Of a stretch of 64,000 nt of DNA, positions 36,960 to 48,985 are shown one piece after another. The DNA comes from Callorhinchus milii (Eukaryota). Made by a program: the position numbers and the translations under genes. Numbering within the stretch: the first letter of the stretch is position 1; each line of letters opens with the position of its first letter. Under the pieces are notes generated by a model. That model was not told the origin of the DNA. It ran no database searches and was given only the letters and a program-made list of their open reading frames with translations. Location of the stretch: positions 55,802,001 to 55,866,000 of the forward strand of contig NW_024704743.1 of assembly GCF_018977255.1 (NCBI RefSeq), written 5' to 3'.

Positions 36960-37095
36960 AAAAGGCAAAGTACTGCAGATTCTGGAAATCTGAAATAAAA
37001 ACAGAAGTCACTGGGAACACTCTGCAGGTCAGGTAGGATCTATGGAGAGAGGAAAGTGAGTTAACGTTTCAGGTTGATCACCTTTCGTTAGCAGA
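36960..37095 (-). mobile_element. Penelope-like element terminal fragment
   Basis: Reverse complement of the same motif as 59255-59392 (ctga.gaa.ggt...gaaacgttaact...ctctcca.aga...cctgacctgc.gagt...ccag...ttctgtttttatttcagatttccag.atctgcagt). Confidence 0.7.
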
Positions 37096-37159
37096 ATAAT
37101 TTCATATTTAATGCTACTTTCCCTCAGTAATTTTTTTTCACAAATTATTACAATTATAA

Positions 37160-37492
37160 AATGAATCATCCTTTTATTTGATACAGAGCCTTATCACATA
37201 ATTGAGACATTTGAGAGTGCTGCACAGTATTTTATTGTGAGGTGTAGCGATTGTATTTATAAGCGAATGCAGAAGCTAATTTGCTCACAGCAATGTTCCA
37301 CAAACAGCCATGGTATCTTTTTTTATTTGGGAGATTGTTATCCAGAACACCAGGATAACAATCTACTCTTTTCAAATAATAATCATGGGATCTTTAACTT
37401 CTACCTGAACTAGAAGATTGGATCTCGGTTTGAAGTTTCACCCCAAGGATGGTACCTCCGACAATGCAGCACAACCCCAGTACTGCACAGAA
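37160..37492 (-). mobile_element. Older Deu-type SINE, 5'-truncated
   Basis: Tail, core (cacagcaatgttccacaaacagcca) and body (atgggatctttaac..ctacctgaac). Confidence 0.75.
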
Positions 37493-39551
37493 TCGAATAT
37501 CAAATATCTAAACAAAACAAAATGTAAATGGGCTTTGTAACACATTTGGGGAGTTTCTAGTTTTTCGGTATATTTCTACTGCAGATCCACAGAGTTCCAG
37601 AATCCTTGGATACATTTTCAATTACTTGACAGACTGACTGTCTCAAGAACAATTATTTAAACTTGTGTAATAATTTAAGCCTAAAAGGACATTTACTATG
37701 CAAAAGTGTTGAACCTAACTTTAAACATGATGCTTCCTTTTTAATCAGGCCTAAATATGTTTATTGCAAGTTTGATGTCACCTTACCATCTCTCTTTATA
37801 GTACCTCATCCTCTTTCCTTATTTTCAATCCTATGAGTTCCTGGACATTGAACTCTAGCCTATCAGCATTTTATTCAATTGAAAAATTGTTCTAGTGTCC
37901 TTAAGAGGGCACTGCATTGCTGCCCATTGGGAGGGTGTTGATGTGAGTGATTGTAGTAACTTACTGAGGTAATCTAGCAGTTGCCAATAACAAAATGTTT
38001 ATCTCGATGGGTGCCATTTTCAGGTGGAAGGGTCATCAGCCAATAGTAGTTTGAACGGATTGCGCTTTCTCTGAATGACAGAAGTATCACTGACGCAAAA
38101 GGCTGCTGCAGATGTTTAGCTCAGTACCTTTGCCAGTTAATGCCAAGCAGTCAGATTATTTTAAATCAGAAATGTTTAGCTTGCAGGATAGAAACTAGAG
38201 AGCTATGATGTTAGTTAAATAAAATTCAGCCTTTCTTGACAAAATATTTTTATTATTGTGCAAAAGTTATGCTCACCAGAGAAACACTATTCTCGTAAAT
38301 ACCCAGTAGGTATACAGTAGAAAAACAATTAGTATCAGTGGTAAGTACTTAATATCTATTTAACATGGACTTTTCTCATTGTACAGGGATCTTTGGAGGT
38401 TTGGTACTAAGGGGTAGATTGTACTGTATTTTGTCCCACAATGTTGTATCTAAAAATTCTGAATTCAGAATCCCTCTGTCAAGTGGAGGTATAGTCATTC
38501 ACATCATATCGACTTAAGGGAACTTTGCACTGAAAACAGATTGAATTGCAAGGTTTAATAATAATAATAATCCTTGCAATTAATATAGTACCTTATCACA
38601 TCTTTGAGATGTCTCAAAGTGCTTCAAAGCTTCTCAAAGTGGTTTCCATGTTTCTGTGTCGCAGACCTAATTAAGAAAATCCAATTAAGAAATTAAAAAT
38701 GGCATTGTTATTTACTGTCAATAAAAAAGTTTAGCATTGATAATAATAATAATAATCCTTGTATTTAACACAGCTCCTTATGATTGTCATTGAGACGTCT
38801 TAAAGAACTTCACAGGATTTTACTATAAGGTGTGGTGCCCTTGTATTTGACAGCCAATTTGCTTACTGCAATGTCTCACGAACAGCCACAAAGTGAATAA
38901 TCAATTTTATGTGGGGGATTGTTGACCAGGACACCAGGAGAAACTATGTTTATTATGCCAGAGGAGGAGATAACTACTGATAAGCACTACATATACTGTT
39001 GCACTGTAAGTAGTTTTATTGTAAGTAGTTCTATTAATATATTAGTTGTATTCCTTTATTCAAATATTTTTGAATTATTTTGTTGTCACCCATATCCTTA
39101 AAAAATGGGAACATGCTCGTCAAATCTTTGCTGCTTTTTTTTGTTTAAAGGAAATAGAAGTGGGGGGAAAGCTGCGTATCACATGCACCCATCAATAGTG
39201 ATACGTTAGCATGGTTACAACAGGCTACAGTGGATGCTCAGCCCAGTTTTGGAAAAATAAAGGAAAAATTGATTACAAAACACATTTTATGAACACTGTC
39301 CCTTTAACTTGCCTCCAAATGCACATAATCACGGTACTTTAAAGTAAATCCAGTCAAGTGTTTTGAAATGTTTCGATGATGCAATAAGGCACTATATCAA
39401 AGGCAAGGAATATTACTATATAATATTATGTTAAATGACTTGTTTTTTCCCATGGTGAATATAACATATAATATATCTACGACTATATTTAAAGAGAAAC
39501 TGCATAAGGAAACTTGGCTCTGTGGTAGAAATCTCACCTCTGTGTCAGATC

Positions 39552-39954
39552 CTCCACATCTCGATTTCAAGATCCTCACTCTTGTCTTCAAATCCCTCCA
39601 CTCCTCTGCCTCCCCTACTTCTCTGACCTCCTCTCTCCTCACAACAGTGCCCATTGCCTTTGCTGCACCGGGTCTGGCCTCCTCCTTGTCCCCCGAATCC
39701 TCTGCTCCCCCATCGGCAGCCATACTTTCAGCCACTACCCCCTAAGGCTCTGGAATTCCCTTCCTCACTCCCTTTGCCTCACCCCCTCTCTTCCTATTTT
39801 CAGGTCTCGGCTGAAGACCTTTCTTTTCGACCGCGCCTTTGGTCACCTCTTCCCCCTCCCCCTGGCTCGGCCCTGGGATCCGCAATTGTGAAGTTCTCTG
39901 AGACTCCATCCGGCGTGGAGGGTGGTATATAAATCCAAATTGTTGTTGTTGTTG
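39552..39954 (+). mobile_element. L2-clade LINE 3' fragment
   Basis: Encodes DFKILTLVFKSLHSSASP..; ends tatataaatccaaat(tgt)n. Confidence 0.88.
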
Positions 39955-40308
39955 TAGAAGTTGAGGACTTGAACTCACATCATCTAAATTGATAATCCAA
40001 TTCAGAGTTGGGGCTGTGTTGCATTGTCAGTGATGCCATCCCTCAAATGAGGCATTAAATTGAGGTTGCGCCTACCAGTTCAGGTGGATGTTAAAGATCC
40101 CATGGCATTAATCAAAAAATAAGGGAGTTTCTCCCTGTGTCCTGGCCAACAAATCCCCCAAATAAAATTGATCATTCTTATGTTATCCATTATTTTTATT
40201 TCTTGGCTGTTTGTGGGAAATTGTTGTGTGGGAAATAGCCTCCGGTTCACCCACAAAACACACTTTACAGTATATTATGTGAAGCGCTTTGAGACTTCCT
40301 TCTACTAT

Positions 40309-40390
<82 letters not shown>

Positions 40391-40399
40391 TAGATAGAT
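40309..40399. repeat. (GACA)20 followed by (GATA)2 microsatellite
   Basis: Read directly. Confidence 0.95.
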
Positions 40400-40607
40400 T
40401 TAAAAAAAGCGCTATCCTAAATACAAGGATTAAGGAAACACAATATTAAAGGCTTTGAGTTAGAGTAAGAATCAAATTAGAGTAAATAGCTCCAGTGAGG
40501 AAGCTCGTACCAGCAGAGACACAATGGACTGAGTGGCCTTCTTCTAATCATTAAACTTTCTATGTTGCTTTGATTCTATGATTCTAACTAACTTTAACTT
40601 ATTTCAG

Positions 40608-40838
40608 GTCAAGGTCTGGTTCCAGAACCGGAGGATGAAATGGAAACGCGTTAAAGGTGGCCAACAAGGAGCTGTTGCAAGGGAAAAAGAACTGGTGAAT
40701 GTGAAGAAAGGGACGTTACTGCCCTCTGAGCTCTCTGGCATCCCCATATCAGGACCTGATGCCCATCACCCTGGAGATATTCTGTCAAACGATGAAAGTC
40801 AGGACAGTGATCAAAGCACTGAGCATGGCCATTTGTGA
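40608..40838 (+). CDS. MEOX2: MEOX2 coding exon 3 (homeodomain helix 3 and C-terminus, TGA stop)
   Basis: Acceptor atttcag| at 40607 with a ctaac branch-like motif upstream. Translation [44 protein letters not shown]...STEHGHL*. The spliced CDS is 921 nt (306 aa), and the C-terminus is MEOX2-type rather than MEOX1-type. Confidence 0.98.
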   Translation, partial: VKVWFQNRRMKWKRVKGGQQGAVAREKELVNVKKGTLLPSELSGIPISGPDAHHPGDILSNDESQDSDQSTEHGHL

Positions 40839-42360
40839 TGTACAAAGAGAAGAAGAGAGAGACAGAGAGACAGCATCTCAAAGATACTCAGGAAAGAAAC
40901 GGCACATGGAAAAAGAACAGAAAATAAAAAGAACAAAGAGATACTGACTTTACATAAACAAAAGTGCCAAATCGAAAACTTACTTTGACGTGGTCATCGT
41001 GCAGAAACCAGAGCCTCAGAACATTCCATATTTGCCTATTACAATAAGGCGGTTTGCAAGTTTATACTTTACTTGCACTGTAAATAAAAACAAGGACGAA
41101 TGCAAAAATCCCAACACACCAAAAAGAGAGTGACAGAAACTCGATTGAGCTGAATTCAAAATTGGAGCATTTCAATACTTTTGAAATGTTAAAAACATTT
41201 CTCTGAAAGAGACAGTTAGAAAATGCAGACGCCTTCACCATTATTCTTAGTTATAGGTGCACTACTTGCTCAGGCAGAGAAATAGCCATGTGTGCAACAA
41301 GGTAATGCTATTTATAGGAAAACGCTGGAAAATGACAGCAAGTAAAAACAATATCTGATAGAGAAGTATAGCATTAACTTTTTGGTTGTGACCATTCACC
41401 AGAGCTGAAACAGTGAGCTGGGGGAGTTCATGTCTAAGGCGCAGGGAGGCAAGTAGGATTAGGAAGAAGTCAAAAAGGACTACATACACAATGAGTTGGG
41501 TGGTGAGTCTTTAGTGGATTGTGAGATGCCGAGAAAGAGTATCTCGGGGAACATAAGAGTAGTTGAGATATCAATTAAAAAAAAACTAGAGAGGGAGAGC
41601 GAAACAAAACTGGGGTGGAGTGGTAAAATAGAGGTGGCATGTGAGCAGTGAACAAAGATGTTGTACATGAATTGATCTCTCATAAAAGCAGAGGGATGAT
41701 GCTTCTCACACTGGGTTCCTGCTGTAGATGGAAATGGGGTAAGGTAGGTGAGATGGAAGGTGAGGAGAAAAGGAACTCTGTTACTGTTTGTAAATGGGAC
41801 ATAGTGAGAGGCGATAGAAAACATAGAAGGACATAAAAGCAATGACCTCAAAGGCCTTCTTGATCATAGATGAGAAGAACCTCTGTGGAGGGGAAAGGAG
41901 GCCATTTCAGAAGCTTTGCTTTGATAAGATAGCCCTCAGATGCTGAGTTAAGTGAGAAATATGCAACAATTTCAATGACAAACATGAAACCTTCTATTTA
42001 CTGCTAATCGAATAGAGTTGAATGGAAGTGAATGTTGTTCAATGGAAGTCATTTTGATGTGCTTTCCTTTCAGTAGTTTTACCATTACATGTCAGAACAC
42101 CCGATTGGCTAAATATCCTTAGCAAGCATTACCTTCCTTGCCTAAATATTGTTAGTTGTTGTCAAAATTGTGTCAAATAAATGTAAATGATACAAACGTT
42201 AGCAATCATCACAAAGTGAGCAGAAGTTCACAGTCCAACGTAGACATGAATTCAATATTTCTTTATCTTTTTGCGGCTTGCAAATGCTTAAAATAAACTC
42301 CTAAACTCCATTATTTGTGATGTAATCCTCACTTACATTAACACATCTGTCATTAAAGCA
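40839..42360 (+). other. MEOX2: Probable MEOX2 3' UTR (end uncertain)
   Basis: Repeat-free stretch after the stop codon, with AATAAA at ~40923, 41083, ~42176 and ~42292, and ATTAAA at ~42352. Confidence 0.5.
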
Positions 42361-44609
42361 TTCACACAAAGGGTAAAATTTAATATCCCACTTATACAAA
42401 ATTTAATTTGGAATCAATATTAGTCATTAATGGATGTAATTTTTTTATTGATTGTGTACCACTCGCAGTCAAGTTCCACCCCGTGTAATTAAAAGCAAGT
42501 CTATAAACAATATCTGAGTTTTAAGAACTTTTAAAAGTACTTCTAAAAATGTAGATGGTTGCTTATCAGTACTGTATAACTTCCACACCACTGTCTAATG
42601 CTGTGCCAGGCTAGATGGGTGTATTGTAAGATAGCATGGGCTAATAACATCTCAGAGTTGTTTTTGAATATCAAGTCATTCTCATGTTCTATATTGCTGT
42701 TCAATAGTACCATGAGATATTAACCATACATTTATTAAGTAAAGATTGCACATTTTTATAAAGGTGTGATAAATGCTTGAATACACATATCTAAATCAAC
42801 TATGTTTCATCAGTATCTTGTCTTTGTATATAATATAGAGAAAGATTGATACACAGGATTGAAATACAAGACTGTAACTCAATTGAGTGGTGAGTGTTTC
42901 ATACAATGTCATTCCTGATTTGTCAAGGATGAGAGGGATCCTGGCTTGGTTCAAAAGGTGTGTGTATGTGTGTGTGTGTGTGTGTTTGTGTGTGTGAGGT
43001 AGTGTGCAGATGAAATGGTCTGGTAGTCCAATACATGGATCTAAATGAAACATGGGGTAAATGAATAGGCCTTCCTTGTTCCTACAGTCTTAGATTCCCG
43101 AACCATAAGAATAAAGCTGAATGCTTTTCAAATGTCTTATAAATCCAGAGATTGCATTACTGCCTTTAACTTGTACCCGAGTACTTCTTATATTTACTGT
43201 GTATGAAAGTTAAATAGTCATGGTTTGTGTGATATTTCAAGGGTTTCTTAATATTTTGGGAGTGCTCCAGCATCTCAATATAGTATAATGCTAAAAATGC
43301 CCCCCAGAGGGTATTACATTCCTTTAAAACACAATTACTGCAGTCAATTAAATAACTTGAAATATAATGACATGCCATACACAGTATTTATTATCTAAGC
43401 AGCCTGTATACCAGATGGTTTCATGCAGCAACAATCAAAATCTAAACTAATAATGTCTTAAACCAAGAATTCCATGAATTACTTAGACAATATTTCTCTT
43501 AAAAATATTTTAATTCAAAAGAGTTGTCTTAACGCTGAGAACATTTGATTCACATTGCCTAAAGCATTGCAGTGATGCCACACTTAGCCTTTATGGGGAA
43601 CGAGGTTTGGTAATGATTGTAATATATTTCATGGACTTGAATCCTTTGTGAAGCTCCAGTATCTATTAAAAGGAGCAAAGAATGGACAAAAACAAAGAAA
43701 GTTATCTGGGTTTGTGTCCAAAAATATCAGTGTTAAGACTGCAAGAATGTAGTAAAGATTAAAGTGTTTGTCTTCATTGAAGAAAAGTTTGGCAAACCTT
43801 TTTCTTGAAAAAAAGAATCACAGTGGCATCAGGTGCAAGTAACGTCAGAACATTTCTCAACACGATTGCTCTGTGTGTCAGTGAGGAATTTATAAAAAAG
43901 GTTTTATTTCACAAAGCCTATGCCAATTTAAGCAAACATTGCCCAACCTCCTCAGTTATGTTTCTCATGTAATTCTGTTTGTGCAGAAATAAATCATAAA
44001 TATTAAGGCAATAATTAACTTAAAATGTTTTCTGTTGTAATATACTTGGGCCATTCACGGAGGCACCAAATCCAGTTTGGTGTTCCTTGGGAGTGATCAT
44101 TAATGTGCCATTGTTTAATGAACTGCAAACAAAAGTAAACACAGTGAATTAGCAGCAATTACCTGAAATACATATAGTGTCTTGCTGATGGAACAGGGTG
44201 ACATACCAGCCAATTCTTCAGTTAAACATGTTGTTTACATTATTACAACTGGCTTTGTTTGCTCAGAAATGCTGTACATTAATTGCACATTGGATACGAC
44301 TTGTCTTAACATTTTGTTGTCTCTTGTGAGAGAACATTATTGCTTGCATTTAGTTTCTTATATTTAGTAAGAGGATTTTTAAATACGTTCAAAATATGCG
44401 CCAAATAAATTCAAGTTGAAGTAGTGAACACAAGGGAATGTACTGTTTATTTCAGGAGTTTTAATTTTTTTTCCTCAGAACAATCACAACTGGTTCACAT
44501 TCTGGAATATAATCACAGCAGATGATGGTTTGTCCAAGTTGTGAAGCATACAGAGCTGTTTGATTCACTCTGCAACGAATACGCTCCGCATTACAAGATC
44601 ACAAGATTG

Positions 44610-44780
44610 ATCTGGATGAAGAAGTTCTTTGGTTCATCCAATCTCATCCTTCTGGAAGATCCACCTTACCATCACCCCGATCACAGTATCAAGCTAGTTT
44701 TTAAATGAGTCCAGTGTCCTCGCCTTAATCACCTTTCCTGTCAATCTGTTCCAGTCATTGATTACACTTTGCATAAAGAA
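44610..44780 (-). mobile_element. CR1 tail fragment
   Basis: Similar to 29150-29250 (ttttaaatgagtccagtgtcc...ctgttcca.tc.tt.att). Confidence 0.6.
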
Positions 44781-44894
44781 AAATGCAAAAACAGTGTGTA
44801 AAAACTTACAGATTAATCACTATGCACTGTGTTATTCTGCTCAGTTTACTAAATTTAGCGAATTTAATCGTGAGTGCTGAAAATCCCTTAAAAA

Positions 44895-45090
44895 AAATTA
44901 ATAATAATAATAAGTTGGTCACTCAATCCACAACTGTTTGTGGGGCACTGCTGTGCATAATTGGCTGCTGTGTTTTGCACACAAAATATACAGGCAATTC
45001 ATTTTACAGTATATTCTGTGAAGCGCTTTGAGATGACTCAAAGATGTGATAAGGTGCTATTATCAAATGCAAGGACTATTATTATTATCA
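44895..45090 (+). mobile_element. Deu-type SINE 3' half
   Basis: Core and tail as in 188-566. Confidence 0.8.
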
Positions 45091-45475
45091 TGCCTACTCT
45101 AGTGTTTGCTCTTACCCTTGAGCTAACTACTCTAATCTCAGGTTCTTACTCCTTCCTAGTACTCTTTTATTATATTGTTACTCTTTGAATACTTATAGAA
45201 ACATAAAATTAAATTATAAATAAAACCTTTCAATACAGTTGCTTGAAGCACAGGAAGAAGCGAAGGGAGTGCAGCAGTCCGGTACATCAACAAGTGTATT
45301 CCATTTCCTGGATGGAGCAGAATATTCGCCTCAAAAAAAATTAAGAATTATTTTGCATGCAAACTCTATTGAAGTATCTATCCTATCATCATTCTGCTTA
45401 TACCATTTGATATCACATTTATTCCCTTAGGTGGGAACACCTCAACCAGCTTCAACTGAATGTGGTTCTGTTATA

Positions 45476-46406
45476 CGAGAGACACCCGAAAAGTAATGCC
45501 TCCTTTCCTTGTGAAACACAGTTAACATTCAGTGAAACCCACTGAGCACAAACTTCACAGAAACCAAGGCTACCAATAATCATCTCTGGCAAGAAGACCT
45601 ATATTGAGACTGTCACTCAACTCACTCTGAGTGTTCAAATCTATTCACTCCCTGGCATCTCCCTACCTCTCCGACCTCCTCTCTCCCCAATCCACTACCC
45701 GGCACCTCCGCTCGATTGGCACTGGCCTCCTGCTCGTCCCTTGGACCCTCCGTCCCACCATCGGAGGTCGTGCTTTCAGCCACTATGCCCCAAAACTCTG
45801 GAAAACTCTCCCTCAGTCCCACCACCTTGCCCCCTCCCCTCTTTCAAGTCCAGCCTGAAAAGTTTCCTCTTCGACCGTGCTTACGGCCACCTCCCCACTC
45901 CGCTGAGCTCGGAATCAGGCTCTGCCACTGTTAAGCACTCTGAGACGCTACCCTGTGTGGAAGGCACTATATAAGTGCAAGTTTTGTTGAGTGTTGTGTC
46001 AGTCTTTGAGGATCAGTTCATCAACTTTGCAGATTCTCTTCATTAACAACTGTGAGACCTATCTTTAAGTTCAGTTTCTCCGTTTTTCACGCAATTTACC
46101 CAGTGTCTTACAGTACTCACATCAACACATAAGTATCCATACATTTTATTCATGCAATGGAGAAGAGCAATTGGCAAAATCCCTTGAGCTGTGAGAAATT
46201 GAATTACTGCCCTCTGCTTAACACATGTATAAATGCTAGGCATCATTTTAAACGGCTGTCATGTACCTCCATCTAGTTAGAAGTAAACAAAACTTTCACA
46301 GTAGAAATGGGATATATAAAAGTATCTTGTGCATGTGTTTCATTACTGTCCAACTTACTATTCTTCACAAAATAAATAGGAGGCATTACTTTTGTGGTGT
46401 CCCTCA
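45476..46406 (-). mobile_element. Internally deleted mariner (Tc1/mariner) DNA transposon with TIRs and TA target duplication
   Basis: 29-bp TIRs (45476-45504 and 46378-46406, 25/29 identical) with TA on both sides. ORF 46043-46246(-) KQRAVIQFLTAQG...MYG..CVDVSTVRHWV..VKNGETELKD is a mariner N-terminal HTH domain. Confidence 0.9.
45628..45995 (+). mobile_element. L2 3' fragment nested in the mariner
   Basis: ORF 45631 FKSIHSLASPYLSDLLSPQSTTRHLRS.GTGLLLVP..RPTIGGRAFSHYAPKLW; tail ggcactatataagtgcaagttttgttg. Confidence 0.9.
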
Positions 46407-46809
46407 TACATCCTCAGCTGCTGATCCTGTAGAATTTGCTCCTTTGACATTAAACAGTTAATTCCACCTCACTGGCAAAAACATGCAAATAACATTACTT
46501 GAAAGTTGAAAATTGTAATTTTCCGCCAGAGTTTCCCTGATCTCCAGCCAAGATCCATAGAGGTAAGAGAGACAAAAACAATATTATATTTATATGGCAA
46601 GTATTCGAAGAGCAGGAATGTAAAAGTGAATATTTAATATCATATAATTTACAATATTTAACTGAAAAGAGCAAAGAACTGAGATTAGAGTGCTCACACT
46701 TCATTGATTCCAAAAATATTGGGGCTATTCTGTTCCATGTAACTAAGGTGCGCTGCGTCATTTTGCTCCATTTGTTAAGTTTAGTGAATTCCACTGGTGG
46801 GTGAATCAG

Positions 46810-47095
46810 TGACTAGAGGGCATCAATTTAAGAGAGTTAGAAAATTAGTTGATTATGGGACATTTTTCTCATGCAGAGAAATTAGGATATGGAATGCCTG
46901 CCGCGAGCTGTGGCTGAGCAGAATCCATATGAGCTTTCAAAAGGGAACTTGGTGGCTACCTTAAAGGAGAAAACTATAGGGATATGAAGAAAAGGCAGGC
47001 AACTGAGACTGAATAGATTGCTCTTTAAAATACCCAGGGCAGACATGGCTTGAATTATATGGTATGAGTTGCAGCATCTATTAGGCAAACTGTAA
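46810..47095 (+). mobile_element. CR1 3' fragment
   Basis: gactagagggcatcaatttaag...tggaatgcctgcc...gctttcaaaagggaacttgg; similar to 17550-17800. Confidence 0.7.
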
Positions 47096-48724
47096 TGTTT
47101 CTTTTTGTTCAACTGAAAAGGATTAAAGGGGACAAAAGCAGTGGTCTTTATCATTACATATACAAACACATCATTATGTTATTGCAAACACAGGTACTGA
47201 GTCTGCTACCTATACTCAGATTATCCATTCAACATTACCTGGTAAGGGTGTCTCAGGAACATCCTGATGAAATAGATCTGCATCTTATAGACTAGAGGGT
47301 GAGTTGAGTTTGCTTTGTCTCATGGGAGGCTAAATTAGTTCAGCCTTCTCAGGGTTAGGGAGGAGAAAACCATCGTAGATTCTTGCTCTTGGTCTCTTTG
47401 TTGAACCCTCCTACTGGTTGTCTGTCAATTGGGTGGGGAGATGTCAGGCGTGGTTGTGACATCCTCTACAATTGTATGGCCTGCCAACACTCACTGACAA
47501 TGCTCGCACATAAACAATGGACACTTGTGCAGAATCCTGGAGGGCAACCGGCACTTGTGGAACCAGAGGAAGGCAGGAGAAGGAGCACGAAGTGGGTGGT
47601 GGTGAGAAGAAAATTAGAAAAATAACTGGATACATTAACTTTCAAAACTTCAATTAGTGTCATAAAGCAATAGAAGCCAGTAGTTAAACACACAATGAAG
47701 CCAATATTTCTTTTTCCTTTTGAGCCTTAGAGAAAGGGCAATTTGCCTTGGGACAATAGTACATTTTAAAGTCAGAGAAAGTGAGAACATTCATCATGGT
47801 GTCCTGCATGCTGCACAATGCAGTATAATTATTACAAAGTGTGCCTACTACAACAACAACATTACATTGTAAAGCGCCTTTCATGTCTGAACGATGTCCC
47901 AAGGCACTGAACAGTCAGGGATCAGGAGAAAAATAATACTAGAATATCATTGGCAATCGATAGGAAAGTACACTAATTGTCTGCCTTGTTGAGATAGGTT
48001 TCATGCAGTGAGATTGATTGGGGAACCTCATTGATCAAGACATGAGATACATTCTTGTCAATGAGACTTCCATCCTGATCACTGTTTATAACTGTCCCTT
48101 GCCTCATTATGTTGCTTAAACCAAACATTATGTACTAATCTAACAATGTGAATATCAACAAAATCCTGTAGCTGTCACTGTCACCGAAGAGTATTACAAG
48201 ATGACTTTAAGCTACACTCTATCCCATACCCATAAGGCAAGTCAACATCTAATTATTTAATATAAATTGATATTTTGTATCAATGAGAGCAGCGACATCA
48301 CTACAATTGATGCAAATCAAATCATTTGCCCAAACAATATGTTTGTACGTCATATTTGTGTTTTTGGCAATTATTCCACTTAGGTCTTGACCTTCGCACA
48401 AATGGTTACATGTTTATTAGCTCTAATTTGTAATTTTTTTCTAACATTATATTAGTCAACTGATAAGACCTCTGTCCTGGAAGTTGATTGTGTTGGACTA
48501 CAATCTTTTACAGTCATTTGTTCACCCACCTACTCATTACAAGTGCATATTGTAATGAATAGATGGGAATATGGCCTATAATATCTCCAAACGAAATGTG
48601 AGTCTCTCAATTTCTTCTTTCTGCACAAGACGTTCCATATTATTTGCATCAGACGAGAGCTCTTGAAATGGAAATGTTTAAGGATGTGGGGTACTGGTGC
48701 TGCAACCTCTGTGACATCCTTCCT

Positions 48725-48985
48725 AAAATTTTGTCCCTAGTAGCTGAGGCCTAACCAGTGTTTTATAAAGGTTCATCATTACCTCCTTATTTTGAATTCT
48801 ATGCCCCTATTTATAAAGCCAAGGATCCCGTATGCTTTTTTAACAGCTTTAACTTCTACTTGTCCTGCCACCTTGAAATATTTGCTTATGTGAATCCTCA
48901 GGTTTCTCTGCACCTGCATCCCCTTTAAGATTGTTCCATCTAGCTTATATTGCCTCTCCTCATTCTTCCTCCCAAAATGCTTTAC
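48725..48985 (-). mobile_element. CR1 ORF2 fragment
   Basis: Reverse complement of the segment at 17170-17340 (ctatttataaagcc.aggatccc.tatgctttttt..ttgtcctgccacctt). Confidence 0.85.

Larger units (their letters stand above)
39510..40432 (+). mobile_element. Older Deu-type SINE carrying a nested L2 fragment and a (GACA)n expansion
   Basis: Head 39510-39550, body resumes at ~39955, tail is interrupted by the microsatellite. Confidence 0.78.

Noticed and set aside
6833..40838. Assignment as MEOX1
   Set aside because: The His/Gln tract, LALHGRSDH, the C-terminal [20 protein letters not shown] and the AGMO neighbour all indicate MEOX2.
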